The position numbers were made by a program, and so were the translations under genes. A stretch of DNA of 64,000 bases from Botryllus schlosseri (Eukaryota). Below, piece after piece: positions 38,617 to 53,600 of this stretch. Location: the NCBI GenBank assembly GCA_051294905.1, contig CM119371.1, forward strand, positions 21,392,001 through 21,456,000, read 5' to 3'. Numbering within the stretch: position 1 is the stretch's first letter; every line of letters starts with the position of its first letter. The notes under the pieces were generated by a model, which did no database searches, had not been told where the DNA came from, and worked only from the letters and a program-made list of their open reading frames with translations.

Positions 38617-41600
38617 GTATGTTATGTATATGTGTTATGTTCTTGATCTTGTTTAAACAATAACTCAATACGACGAGGTTGCAATGAGAAATCAGTATAT
38701 TATCAGCAGAATAACTTTAATACATGCGACACGATCCAGAGTGCAGTTAAACGAAAGACCCCGAGACAACAGAACACAGGATATAAATACGAAGCATGAC
38801 AAACGAGGAAATAATGATTGGCGGTAATTACTAATCCTAGACAAATAAGAGACAAACGATGCCGACGTAAAATGCACGAACATAACAGTATGCGTTCTAT
38901 CGCCATACAGTATATAGTTTAGGTTTTAATAAAATATTGATATAACTTAATCTTGAGGCTGAACCTCTAGGATTGGAATATAGCAAAGTCGGGGCACCTC
39001 CCCAGTCGGCCGGCATGACATCATCATCATCATCATCAGCATCATCATCATCATTGGTTTATTAGCAATTTTATTAGTTCAATACACAACAAAAATGCGA
39101 TACAATGAAAAGACAGGAATATGTCGAATCGGTATGAGTAGTCTATGGAATCAGACACCTACCTTGGCCTAGGCGATGTAAAGAAGAGACATGCACAGTG
39201 AATGAAAGTAAAGAAGATAGTACAGAAAAAGAAATGAAGAGTAATAGGGCGACATGTCATGGAAAGCGAGATCGATAGTTCAGTCGTGGTCCAGTAATTT
39301 TGAGGATGGACTGTATTCATAGGCGCCGACTTAGGAGGTTACGAGGTGGCGGCCACCTCGTACAAAATGCTCAAACGTCCAAGTGATTTGTGACCAGTAA
39401 TTAGTAACCAGGCGAATCGATGCGACCTCGTTAGAGACGTCTTCGATTTCGCTAGGCGCGAGTGCTAGGCGCGTAGCCACGTGGGTTTCAGGGGTTTAAC
39501 TTCCCTATTTGAAACGCGAAACCCCTTCATTTTGAAATGATCATTCTAACTCTAATATTCAACTGCAATTCAATAATAGTGTTATCAGTGTTCCGCACGG
39601 CTGATTTGCGAGAAACGTGTTGTCAATTTGCGATAAGAGTCTGTGATGATCTCCGGCTGAGATGGTCGCGAAATTAGGTCATTCATTCCCGTGCGCGTGG
39701 CAATCGTCGCTAGCCTGAATTATCGTGTCTCGATCAAGCCTGGTTCCGCAGGCTTGAACAATGGACAATCGCATCTGCAATAGGCCCAGGTCAAACTATA
39801 TCAGCGCTTGCCTGCGCAATCCCATCTGCATTGGCGGCTTTGGCCTGGTGTGCAGGGTGCACGATATCATCGCTAACCTACACAATAGCATCTGCAATTG
39901 ACCTGGAGTGGAATACATCATTGCTGGCCTAACTATCGTGTTTCGGGTCTAGCATGCTTTGGCTCCTATCTCTCGCTGGTTTGGAGACAATGCGATCGAT
40001 TTTATGCTAATTAGTGATTGTTTTGTGCCATATTGATTAAAAAGCGACATCACGAAACTGAATAACATCGAATCGCTGCAAACAAACTTTAACGTCCGTT
40101 ATTGATTCCCGCTAATACTTGAACGTAACGATCAGAAGATGTGTATCGAGTTCTGAAAGACGATAGAGGTTTGAAATCGGTGCCATCAAGTTCGGAGATT
40201 TTGATTTGCGAAAGCTGTCGCCGAGACCGTGTAGGCTAATACGCGCGCCTATTTAATTGTTCACCAGATATCAGGGACTCATTAATTGACAGCAATCCCG
40301 GACTCTATGGCTAGATTATCATACATCTAAAATCGTCAATACGAAGAGATTATATGATCGCCCTTTACACATGTACTTGACCGGAATTGAATTGATGCTA
40401 TATTGTTAAATTTGAAAATATATCCAAATCCCTATAATTTTTCGACTGGCTACGCGCCTAGCGTGTACCGAGAAGCAACATCCTAGATCCTCTCCCTACC
40501 AGGCGCCGAAATAGACGTTCTGCTTTTCTGAAATCTAAGTTATGTGCGCCCATATTCGTTTACAAAACCATTCATGAGCTAGCTAGATTCGTGATGGTCT
40601 TGGTAATCGGTGTGCGAAATTGGAGGGAGTGTTGCAGTGTGCCTGCGAATTGAAATTCATTTCTGTGCAGATTCGTTTCTCTAACAAGGCTTTGCCAGTA
40701 ACATTACTCGGGAAATGCAGCAATACAGCTTAAACACCGATATACAGAAAACAATTGCCGCGACGCAAGCTACTCAATACGGTGTCAGACTCAAAACTAA
40801 TTCGTGGCGATACTGATTCACGGTGAAATTGACATTAAAAAATGATCGCAAACCGAGAATGTTATAAACTGTTTCATGGTATCATCATCTTATCACCTAT
40901 GTCAGTATGGAACACAGTTAATATTGGCATAGATACGCGTCACAAGATTCTGGGTGACACAAATTCTGATTTATTCGATTCGTATGAACAGGGAACCTTT
41001 TGCATTCCGATAAACTTGATTGCTGGATGTACTCGTATCTAGAACAACAATATCGAATAATAAACTATTAGGCATTAGATAGACAGTGGATTTCTATTGA
41101 TATGATCGCGGCATGCGCCCGGAAGTGGAATTATTTCTAGCGCAGGGGTGGCCAACGCACGGCCGTTGAAGGAAATTTGTGCGGCCGTCAACACGTAATT
41201 CAATTAGTATGTTTTGGTGACCGTCGACATGCAGATTGAATTTGCGAATTGGCCGATGTACTCCCGAAATGCTTCGCGAAGTAAACCGGGAAATGAATCG
41301 ATGCCTCGGAAATTGCCGTTTTAATCAGCAAACAATTGCCGCGATGCGAGTCGTTCAATGCGAAGCAAGCAACCGCAAGAGACAATTACTGATTGGCTGC
41401 GCGATTTCGCGTTTGTAATCATCGTTATCGTCTGCTTGAAGTATTCGAGAGTGGTCGTGTGTTACTAGCAAGGCCAGTGCATAGTGTATTTCGTTACTCA
41501 CACGGGGGATTGCGCGTGAATAACATCGTTGCAACTGCAGATTCTCAGTGAAATAAATTTGATATTAATGAGTGTAGGGCCGATATTAAAACGTCACGCG

Positions 41601-44600
41601 AATGGTTTAACTCTGCACGTACACCAACGGCATGTAGTAAAGTGCGTTTTCGTGAGACGATGACGCCTCGATACGGAACAATTATGACGTCACAAGACTT
41701 CGCCACCTCGTAAAAAATTAAAAGTCGGCGCCTATGACTGTATTTATTTAGTAGTAATAGCTTGTATTGCGACTTGAATGAGGACATGCTCGTCGACTTT
41801 CGAATGGTCGGGGGGATACTGCTCCACACATCAGGTCCGGCATATTTGATAGAACGATGATCGTTTCGGTCGATCATATAATATTTGGACGACATGGACG
41901 CGCGTGTGTTGTAGGTTACTTGCGCGCTTTTGATTCAGAGGTAAAAGAAGTCTTTGCAGTGGTTTGAGTGCAGTTTTACTGGCAGCCCCCCCCCCCAAAG
42001 AGGAAGCCACAATGTAACTTCGATTGGAGGATTTAAAGAGTATCAGAATAACCCATGCTGGCATGAAGCGCTAAGGCTGTAGAACAGGTCGCACTTCGGA
42101 GATAATTTAGTTTCTAGGGACTGAATATGAGTCTTCCAGGGAACACGAATTACTTGACGGTTATGATTCCTGAATTAAAGTATTATTCTCCTATTCATCG
42201 ATCTATTCAAGGAATGGACTGTATTTAATGTAAACGTTGCCTATAAAGCATTGAGACCAAAAACAGTATGCAATGATCTATTAGCTTAGTGTAGGTTAAT
42301 TTAATAGGTTCTAAATCTTCAACATCTGTGGTCGATCGAAGTTGTGAACAAGCCTTTGGAATTCCGGCTGCATATCGGGCGTAGAACGCTTTAGTAGAGA
42401 ATGCACGTGACCATCGGTTAGATTAGAACGTAGCTTTGTCTTGTTAATGCCGCGGGCCACGATATTATGTACGACAAGGAGCCGGCCGCGGCTGCTCACG
42501 ATCCCGTCGCTAGCCGGATTCGGCCCACGGTTCGTATGTGTTGCCGACCGCTACAATATAAAATTTCAAATATTTCAAATACCTTATAACGGTGCTTCTT
42601 TACTGAAATACGTTTCAATATCCGCTATCATCACTGAGTCATTAAATATTTTTCTCATTAACTTCTGGTCAACACGAATTCAACGAGAATTTCGAAACGG
42701 TCATTTTCGCACAGAAACAATGAAACCAAAGCAAGTTGTTGTTTTATTATACACGGTGATTCCTATACTTCAATCTGTTTACATCTGTCCGATGTTTATC
42801 ATTGTTGATTCCCCAGCAAACTATTAGCAACAGCCACTTTCGGCCGAGGCTTTTTGAGAAACACTTGGATCACATGGCGAGCAGCTGAGATGAAAACCAG
42901 GGCTCGGATAACTCCAGTCGAGCCATAATATTGAATGACATATGGGAAATATGAAATTATTCGTGACTCGGACTAAATTTTCATATAATTTTAAACTTCC
43001 ACATCCCAGAGCATTTTTAATTTGTCAGTTGGATTAAGCAGTGATCACATCATCGACACTAATTATTTATTGACTGGAATCCATCTCCTTTCACGTTTTC
43101 GAGATGCTTAGTTGGTCACATTGTTCGGCAGCAACATCGCAGAAGGAACAGCTTCGATATACCTTTAATTTTAAAAATCTTTTTCAGCATTATATTATGA
43201 TAAAAATAATCATACGTAAACTTGTTCAATCACTATTGCTTGTGCAAAGGTATAACTGAGGCTTTGCATAGTTGAATATATGTGTAATTGTTTAATATAT
43301 CTGTATGAATCGGTCTAGAGCTGTATATGATATTGCAATTGCGGTTTACGACAGCCAATAATGGGCGATCGTTTTGAGATAATGATGCGAGTTGCACGAT
43401 GTTGCTGAGTTCGGCCGTTGTCTTCCATGCCCCACTGATGATTTGCATGAAATATAGATCTGTCGATGTAATGTACAAAATGCATACTGTCATTGAATAA
43501 AAATATGTTTCGCTGGCCACAGAAGTTGGCTATTTCTTGGCCATTTCAGCATCATTTGGTAACGGGATTCTCCCGAATGCTCAAATATGACTTTTCCGCC
43601 ATACAAGTATGACATTTTCACCGTAATAAGCGCCAGTGCATTAAATTAGGCTCCCTTCTCGATTACCATCGAGTATAAACTGTAAGAATCCTTATCAGCA
43701 ACTTTCATAAATAATTCGTGACGCAAATCATTTTAGTAGTTCTGAAATAACAAGGAACCAGTTTGACACTGTTTAGCGATGGCCTATATGCATCTCCATT
43801 TGCATCTTCACATAGTATATAAGATGTCAAGGTTCCATCATGCTCCTTTTACGCCATCACAAAGAATATAATGTCTGTTATCCGTCACATTAAAGATACT
43901 TTGGTAATATTTCAACCCGACCGATTTCATTTCACTTTGTGGCAATGTAGTGGGAGGATAATAACTTCGGAATTTAATAATTCCAGTCACGTTCGTACGA
44001 CCGTACGACGTACGACCAATCAAGTTTTCGATGCTTCCGCAGTGGAAAATCTTTTCGGAGTCATAATTCTCGTCGATAATGTATCTTTCAGTGGCGAGCA
44101 GCGTTTAATCTCAGTACTCGAAAATATCATATTTTGCTGTTCGACGTGAATCATTAAAATAATTATTCTGTTCAGATTGGAGTACTCGAATCATTGTGCC
44201 CTGCCCAATGTGCACATTAATTCAAACTCCATAAACAAAAATTATATGATGACTTAGAATTGACTTGAAGTTCAACATGTTTATACATGACTTGAATTGA
44301 TAATTTGTCTGACATGACTCGAAATCTGCATAGAATGGAAGTGAATTGCCACTTAGAGTGGTTGACTTGATCCAAACATTTCGGAATATATATCAAGTCG
44401 AATATCTTATTCTGTGTTTTGCTTTGCCGATATTTGACTTCATAAAGTAAATCGCCAGTAAGTCAATTTACAAAGCCGCTGAAGTGCTCCTGACAACGTT
44501 TTCATGAACTTTTCATTCAGTGTACATGCCTCTTATTTACTTCGCCTAGGCTAAGGTGGGTGTCTGATCTTAATGGCTACTCCAAGTTGTCTCGACACCT

Positions 44601-47600
44601 TCCTATCTTTTAATTGTATCGCAGTCTTGTGATGATTTGAAACGATTAAAATAATAATAAACCTTGTTGATTTATTGATTGAACCTCTTTTTACCACTTA
44701 TTTATATCATAAGTAGGGCTATTTTATACCTAAAATAAGGTAATTTTTGACTTTTTTTGACCTAAGCAAACTGGATTTTGACCAGATTTGACCACGCGTT
44801 TGCAAATTAGGTGTTTTCCCACATAATGTTGAAATTGTACAATTTATATCCATTTCTGGTTGGAACTGGCTGTCCTAACGAAGTAGTTTGGCCTGAAAAA
44901 CGATTTTGGCTTCGAAACAGGCAACATTTTACACCAGTGGTTCCCAACCTTTTTCGACCCATCTCCCCCTTTTCAAGGTAAACCACGATCATCCGCCCCC
45001 AAATTTTGTGTACCGAAATTGGGAATACAAACTGTATTCACCGGTGGGTTGACTAAAAAAAGGTCAAATTTTCGGCTCGATGTCTAATTTGACACAGTTT
45101 TGTAACTAAATTACCGTGGATTGACTAAAAAATAAGTCTCCCGTTCTACCGCGTCATCGCCCCGCAATCGGCCCATTCGCTTTTTTCGCCCCCCGTCGCC
45201 CCTTCGTCATTTTCGCCCCTCTAGACCGCCAAATCGCCCCCTGGGGGCGATATCGCCCACGTTGGGAACCACTGATTTACACGAATAAAAAATATTTTAT
45301 CGAAATCTGGCCCTATGAAGAATTCCAGTGGTTATAATAGCCTATGTATCATGGTAGAAATAATTAAAAAAATGTATTACAACGAAAGATACGTTCCAAC
45401 ATTCTTGCGTGGAAAGTGCAAGTCCTTACTAAGAAGCTTTCCACGGACGTTCAGCAGCAGCAATTGTTGGCTGACAACAGTCAAGTTGTGGGTACACTGC
45501 TGGTGACACACCGTGTTGCTTCATTCTGAAAATGGTGTTTATATTATAATTTGTCATCGTGCAATTCTTAATATAAGAAAGATGCAATGCCCAAGAAATC
45601 TTTCTTCAGTTACGATAATGCGGTACGTTCACCATAACACGATGTCTACCAATTTGTTTTATTTGACCTTTTATGATTCACAATGAGCAAATAATTGACC
45701 GTTTACAACGGTAGGCCTCTAAAGTAGGTTACAAGCTGTAAAATATCAAATGATAAGTTCACCGACACTGCAAAATCTATGATACAAACGAAATGCAGAG
45801 GTTAAAAGATTTATGACTTTACCTAACGCTAAAATTTTCACAAAATTTTGACAAATTTTGACATGTCCAAAAAAAAACGCCCTAATCGGAAGTCCTTTGG
45901 AAATTTCTTCTCTCGTCATTATATATAAGATAGGTGCTGCCCAGCAATGCATCAAAAACGTAACTTCGCGACAAAGGTGATCAATGCAGCGATTGCTTCT
46001 ACTTTTGGAAGTCCCAACGGCAGTGTATCGAAATATTGTTCGTAGGGTCGCATCTTTTCATGCAGTTTACAATTGCAATTGCAGTGGACAACTTGCAATA
46101 CGATGAATACTAAAGAAGAGAAGTTGCGGATGACAGCATTCAAAGTAGATTCGGGATACAAATCTGTAACGACGGGAATTCTGCTCTACAATCATACTTT
46201 CGAAGTGAAGTGGAAAGGAAAACCGGTAACTATAGCCTACCACCCGCTAAGAGTATAAAGAATTATTGTATATATCAACAATCGTATCACGAAATATGAC
46301 ATTACCAACATTAAAATTCGAAGGACAATCGGTACCAGCAGGCGGCTTGAGCTCGATGTACTATTCTCCGATTACACTGGTCTGCACGATTTCTGCGCCA
46401 TGATATCTTTGGGTCGTTTTACCCAATTTGTGGGCGCTAAATCCGAATCTGGAAAAATTTTTGCTCCATCACATTATGTTTATTAGATAATATATATGTC
46501 GATGATTACTACTTTTTCGGGGTACTCAAGTAGATTTTGCATACTCACGGGAGTTGCTGAAGTATTTATGTTTTCATACTACTTCCACTTCTACCTGAAC
46601 AGTATTTTGTATAAAATATGTACTTTCGTAATTTGGATTTTGAAAAGTAGAATGTAGATTATGGATAATATTGCACCACTCTCATAGTTAAATCGGCATC
46701 TGAACGGCGTAAATTGGCCCCTGAATCACGGTTACTGAATATATTTACGAAGATTCTACCAATGTATAGTCTCATTATAGTCACTTCGCGCTAGCCGAGA
46801 AGATACACTAAGTGATATTGAATGGGGCTACCTCCGAGTAACTGCTAAATGCATGTACCCACCACCTTCTCCCTCCCGAACACACCAAATATACTCAGAC
46901 ACACACTCACTTTAGTAGGCTACTTCTCAGACCTTTCATTCATCCCTCCCACCTGAAGCAGTTTCGACATGTCTCAGAAATTACAAATTCTACTTGCAAT
47001 TGAGTAGAAAGGTATGACGTAAATTTTTCTACTTGAGTAGCAACGCTCACACCTTGGACAACTTATGAGTTATAAATAATCAATAGTGAAATATTACGAC
47101 AAATCAGAAAACGTCATGAAATGTCATGGTAATTTAGTCAGAACAACCAAGGCGTAATTATGCAAAACACATACATAAAGTCTCGAAATCATGTAAAACA
47201 ATCACTACCAATTCACCACTGCCAGGGTTGTAACCAAGTCACATGGTTCCGAATCACGAGTCAATCTGACTTTTGTGGTTTTGACTCGAGTCGAGTCGAG
47301 TCATTTCCAATTCATCACCGACTCGAGTCCGAGTCCAAGTCACCGTTTTAAGGGTCAAGTCCGAGTCATAGTGTTATGACTCGAGTCGAGTCCAAGTCAC
47401 AGTATTGAAGTCATGTTCAACTTATGTTTTCAATCCTACTTGGGTGATATCGAATTCCTTGCTTGCCAAACATGCTTATTTTGTCCCTATCATAGTCTCG
47501 GCACAAGTTTATTTAGTTAGGCAGATAACAGACAGTTCCTGGCCTCATATACCGATGCTACAGATAGACGAGACAGGCCGCCAATACGATAACGTTACTA

Positions 47601-50600
47601 ATCTTAAAACTTTAAATCAAGTATCTGTCTTGTAAGTCACAAATAAAAGCATTCAGTTTTTATTACGAGCACATCGACGACCACTCACAAATAGCTTATA
47701 GAGAATTAACGAATTCACGTCTACATACTATCTGATAGAAGACCTACGAATTCACGTCTAGCTAGATACAAGCTGGTAAAGAATCAACAGATAAACGCTT
47801 ATGTAGAGGTACAGTTTTGCTTCCACAACATATCAGGTGGTTGACCAGAAAAAAGGTCAACTTTCCTGCTCAGCTGCCGAAATAGTCGCCGGAGCGTTAC
47901 TTTAATGCTGATTTACTGTTGTCTTAGTCTAATTTGCCCTACATTTACCAAAAATATTCTCAAAAATGAGGACAGAATCTAAAAAAAGAGGCTACTTCTT
48001 AAAATTGTTAGATTATCTAAAAAGAACTTAAATTTGGCTTAATTCCAACCAGTAGAAAGCAATGCTAAGAGAAAATATTTTGGATTAATTACAAATAGAG
48101 ACTTTCGAAATATACCGGCAACCTCATGATATTGTTAGATTGTGTAAAAATATGATTCAAAGAAAATTTGGCTCAATTCCAACTAGAAGAAGCGGAGTTA
48201 TTAGAGTGGAATATTTTGGATTTGAAAAAATAGTCGACTTACTGCTAGTATGTAATTATATTATATGAAATTATTTCTCACTAAAAATACTCCATGTATT
48301 TTCAAATCCAAAATTTTCTCCTCTCATTTCATTGATTCCACTTTTTCAAATTAGGCCAGATTCAGTGTTATTTTTATGCAACGTAGCAATTTTATCAAGT
48401 AGCCACCCAGTAGAATAAAAAAGAATGTATTTTTGATCGGCCCTATTGTACAAATATCACACAACATTAGCCATTCATTATTATCACGTGCACAATGCAC
48501 ATACCTAACAAAACGTCAAACGGACGGAGGGTATTGTGTGTTTTCACAGACAGCAGATCAAATCAATGAGTTACACTTGAAAAATACTAAAGTGAAAAGG
48601 AGATTCTCATATATGTTGAGGCGGCATGGCCTTAGAATAATCCACATCCACTGGATACACGTTCCTCTGGTGCATTAGATGCAGGAATTGAAAAGCAATT
48701 TTGAACCACACTGAAGAGCATTAGATACTCATCCATTCTAGTCGGCCAAAAATGCAAAGAATCATCGCCTTCATATCTACCCATGAGCTTATCAGTCTCT
48801 TCCAAGTAGGCTACTTCACCATCTGAGTCATTTCTTTGGCTCTAATTGGACTTTGCTTCGATTGTTTGCTTGTATAATTGAAATGTCTTGAGTACTTTGG
48901 TGGCGGAGGATCTATTACCTCTTCATCACTGGATGATTTTGTACAATGCATTGCTCTTTGCTACTATGTACCATTGTCTTTTGTTTTTACGGCGGCGCAT
49001 ATCTGATATCAGACGAGTGCAACGAAAGCAGTGGTGACAAATAGCGATGTCGACAGAATTCGTCATATGCGTTGATCTAACCATTGTGATTCGCAACTTT
49101 CTTCACCTTCAAGTCACATAAAATAAGCCGAGTCAATGACTTGAGTCGAGTCATGCGTAATGACTCGAGTACAAGTCGAGTCAATCCAAATATTGACTCT
49201 AGTCAAGTCGAGTCATTTTCCCATTTCAAGAAAATGACTCGAGTCAAGTCGAGTCACAAAAAAATCGTGACTCGAGTCTGACTCGAGTCGAGTCATGACT
49301 CGAGTCATTACAACCCTGACCACTGCTATGTTTGGCTCTGTCCTAGAACCAAATTCTATTCTCAAGCAACACATATACGTCAGGCTTTGTTTTGAGCTGC
49401 CAATAAACAGTCTCTATTCATATGGTTGTCTATAATAGGCGATGCAGAAGAAGGCCTTTACATCATGAAAATAAAGAAGAAAAGTATTTAAGCTTCAGCT
49501 TTCCTGGATTCCGATAAAATGTGATGGTATATCCACACTAGAGAACGGGTTGAATCATCAAATTGCTCGCTAGGACAAACTCAATTAGAGGAGATAGAAG
49601 CTATGGCCAGATCGGCAGGTTATAGGTCGTCAATTTTACGTTCAAGCTCGAACATAAATTATTGCAAATCGATCGGTGTCGAGAGTATTTCGGGCAAAAA
49701 GTTTTCTCGGGTAAATTACAGTCCCTCGAACGCGGCATAAATCACAAGATGGTGTTAGTGAAATGTTGTTTTGCTCAGTCCCCCAAACGGTGTGTAGACG
49801 TCTTCTTTCCAATTAACCACAGTAGCAGTGGGAACTGAATTGATGGATTATAACAATTTGTTGAAATGCAGTAATTATGCCCTTTAGCGCGGTGCATTTG
49901 AGTTTTCGTAACGATCACATCTGCCTTCACTGTACCGCAGTGGTTCCCAACCTTTTTCCACCCACGTACCATTTCGAGGTTTTATGCAGTGCTCGCGTAC
50001 CGCCTACTTGAGTTACGTGCACCGAATGCGGCTTAAAATGTTGTCACAGAGTTGAGCTGCCGAAGGCAGCGAAAGAGAACATTATTAGCCCGTTTTAAGG
50101 CGCAATATATGAGTTCTGTAGTGGATCCATTTGGAATTCTTGTGGTCAAATATATTAAAACAGAATTCGGTAAGGCAATAATCCGAATGCTTTACGACTA
50201 GATCTCTTCCCATTAGGCTGTCATTGATGGAATTGCCCCTACCCACGATGACGAACTTGCCACGACGAGGGCTTTAAAAAAACTCCAAATAAGCCTCACC
50301 AGAACTAATAACTTTCTTCGGTCGAAAATGAACAGAATCTACTCGGATACCACCTAGAATACCTTCGCGTACCACTAGTGGTACGCGAACCACATGTTGG
50401 GAACCACTGCCGTACCGTAACAGTTGCTGAACAATTGTATTTTAAAAACGGGTGAATTGGCAGGGATATCTGAAACTACTACTAGGTATCCCTGGAAAAT
50501 GGAAACAAGTCATAGTGAATTAATATATTCACCTCTGCTGTAATTCGTGCGTTTAATTGTATTTATTTCTTCTCGATACAACAGTTCAGCGTATTCAGGG

Positions 50601-53600
50601 TAACTGTTATCTATTAAGATTTTGCGTGTGTTGTAAAGCAAAGTTGTTAAAGTCAACTGACGTTGCTGTCCGGATTCAATACTTCAGATCTCTTGCGGAC
50701 GACGCCAAAATTCCACCATCCCAAGATACCTCAAAATTAATACTCTCATTCTTCATTTGAATACTTCATTAACCAGCCTATATACATTATAGTATATTAT
50801 ATTATAGTACGGATCATAGGGGCACTATTTTAGCAGCACCTTTATTCGCTGCCATTTGGAATTAGCAATATTACGATGTTTGGGCGGCTGAATACAGTTA
50901 TAAATACCGATAAAACAGTGGCTCTAACGATCATATCAGTTGGCATATTTCTATGCTACCTCCATTTTAGTGATATATTTGCATCGCCACTGCGTATGCG
51001 TTTTAGGGAATGCAAATGATTCAACTGTCAACTCGGACATTGAAATTTGCTTCATATTATTATCTCGCAATTCGGGTTGATCTCGAGGCTGGAGACTTCT
51101 GCTATATTTTTCATGTAATCGGCATATATTCGTTCGGCCATAACACGAATGACTAGTTTTTGGTTGGTGAATTGAATTCGGACTTTCTTGCCTTCTAGGA
51201 ATTAGGTGAGTGGTTTTAATGTGGCCCATAGACATACTCGACATGTGCCGTCTTGAAGGACTTTGGAAGTATTTACCAAATACCAGAAAATTTGTGAGAA
51301 ATTTGCCGGATAATACACGCATTTTTTAATCTAATCAAAATTGCTTCGGGAGCCGGATGAAGTCATCTGGCAGGCTGGATGCGGCCCGCAGGCATAATGA
51401 TTGACACCCGTGCTGCTGTAAATCGCCAAGGTCAGTTTGTTAACCAAACGGATCATCAAAGCTCTATGCACGAGAGAGATTATAGGGTTGGCTTTTGTGG
51501 GTTGGCTTTCCACAAGATTCAAACTTGTTGGTAATTTTCTTTTCGACGAAAACTTCCAACAAAAGAAAGTGAGTTATTGCGTTCTATTGCAACTGTGAAC
51601 CGCAGGAGATGATGAAGCGAGTTACAGGGGACAAGCAGTTTACCACATTTCGACTCATTATTGACTATGTATGAAGTACCACCGAGATGTCGGAGATACG
51701 TCAATATTTTGATAGACTCACGTTTAGAGAGAAAATCTTCAGGCCAAATTCGGTCCTGAAGGTGATTCCATTGCCACGGATTCGATTCATCGATACGTAT
51801 CATCGTTGAGGCGAAACTCGAAGGAACAAATTGCGGGGTGTAAAATCCAAACGAAAACTTTACGAAATAATGATGTAGGGCACGTAGGCTATAATCGAAA
51901 TTAGTTAGCAAGTGCTGCGAAAGATCTTCGTTTTATGAGCACCATTGCATGATTTTATACATTATTATTAATAATGAATACAAGTAGCTTAAAATACTTG
52001 TCAGAGGAGTATGAGACATACGTATATTAACCCCAAATAAACCGGATTTCATCAGATTCCTTTTCGAAGAACCGAGTAAATATGAATGGCTCTGCGCAAC
52101 TTATCACTTTTCACTTATCATTTTTTGTTGCACAAAAACTGCAAGAAAGTTGCATTGAATTTTGAGAAAATTTGCAGTAAAAAGTTGCATTTAAACTTTT
52201 TGTTGAATTAGTAGTGTATGGGATACCCGAAAGATTCCGTGGTTTAACGTAGTTTCTGCAGAGCTGTCCAATTTGTCACTTTGCCATTTACGGACATTCT
52301 GGCGGGACCGCATAAAAATTACATTTTTTCCCGGTACACAGCAAGAAAATTACACAATGCGTTCCCCCAAAAGCCAAACAGCATAACGATAACCCCTCCT
52401 GCTAAAACAAGTCAAGTAACGCACCCCAAACCCCCTAGGTCTGCAAACTTGACCCAAGGCGTTCCTGAAAAACTCACTTGGCGACTTTAACAAAATCAAT
52501 GGTGTTAGAAAAGTGACCCATGCAGTGAAAATGTTATTTTCGGTGGTCTCGCCTGGGCATTCATGAAATGGGAAATCTCAAATTGAAACGACAGAATTAA
52601 TAACGCGATCTATTAACATAGTGTTCGGGCACGGTCGTGCTTGGCAAGGGGGTTTGAACTTATTGCTTGCAAACTATTGTGTCATAGATAGTGAGATGCC
52701 GCTAACCCATCATATAGCTCTTTGTTATGCAAATCAAAGAGAATAGAATCATATTATAAATAGTTAATCTTTATAGCCTGTTTTTAAATCATTCCTATAC
52801 ATTTCTACGCAATATTTGACAGAAGTTGCAGTAAAAATTGGGTATGAAAAATTGAGAAAAGTTGCACAAAGTTGCACTATAAAATCCCTTCAAACATCCT
52901 GAAACACCATAGTACATAGATTACGAGTATCTACGAAGCTGTCGGAAGCTGTAAAAAAAAATTCAAAAGTTGCAGGAACTTGCCCTACTTTTCACTTACT
53001 TGGATCTTCGCATAGTCGTTGCGATGTTAGTTTATATATACATTCGTAAATATTTCCTCACTCCTAATATTGTATCACGATCAACAAAAACCCACTTTTA
53101 AAATGTTCTTTAGATGGTGATCATCCTAATGGACACACAGGGGATTTTCGATCGAACGACGACAAAAAAGAATGAAGCCTTCATACTGACCATTGCAACA
53201 TTGATGAGCTCAGTACAAATATTCAATGTGCTGGGTTCGGTTGATACGTCTCGATTTGAGGCATTGGATGTGAGTTACTTATCTCTATCGATCAAAATTT
53301 CGGTTCAGCTGTTTAGTAAATCCCAATTCGTGAAATTATCAATTCATAAACATCTTATCAACTGTAATATACGAACGGTGGTATTTATTGAGATGAATTG
53401 GCCATTTCTGTATTGCCTGGGCGTGTCATTTGTTTCAAACACTGCCTAAAAACTTGGTTAAACAATGTGTTGTAACACAACTCAGCCACCTTATCTATGG
53501 TCATTAGTGCTATAGGCTAACACATGGTTCCTTGGCCATGTGTTCCCGGATTTCGGAGGTGGTACTTTACTTCTCAATTCTCAAATTTGTCGCCTGCAAC

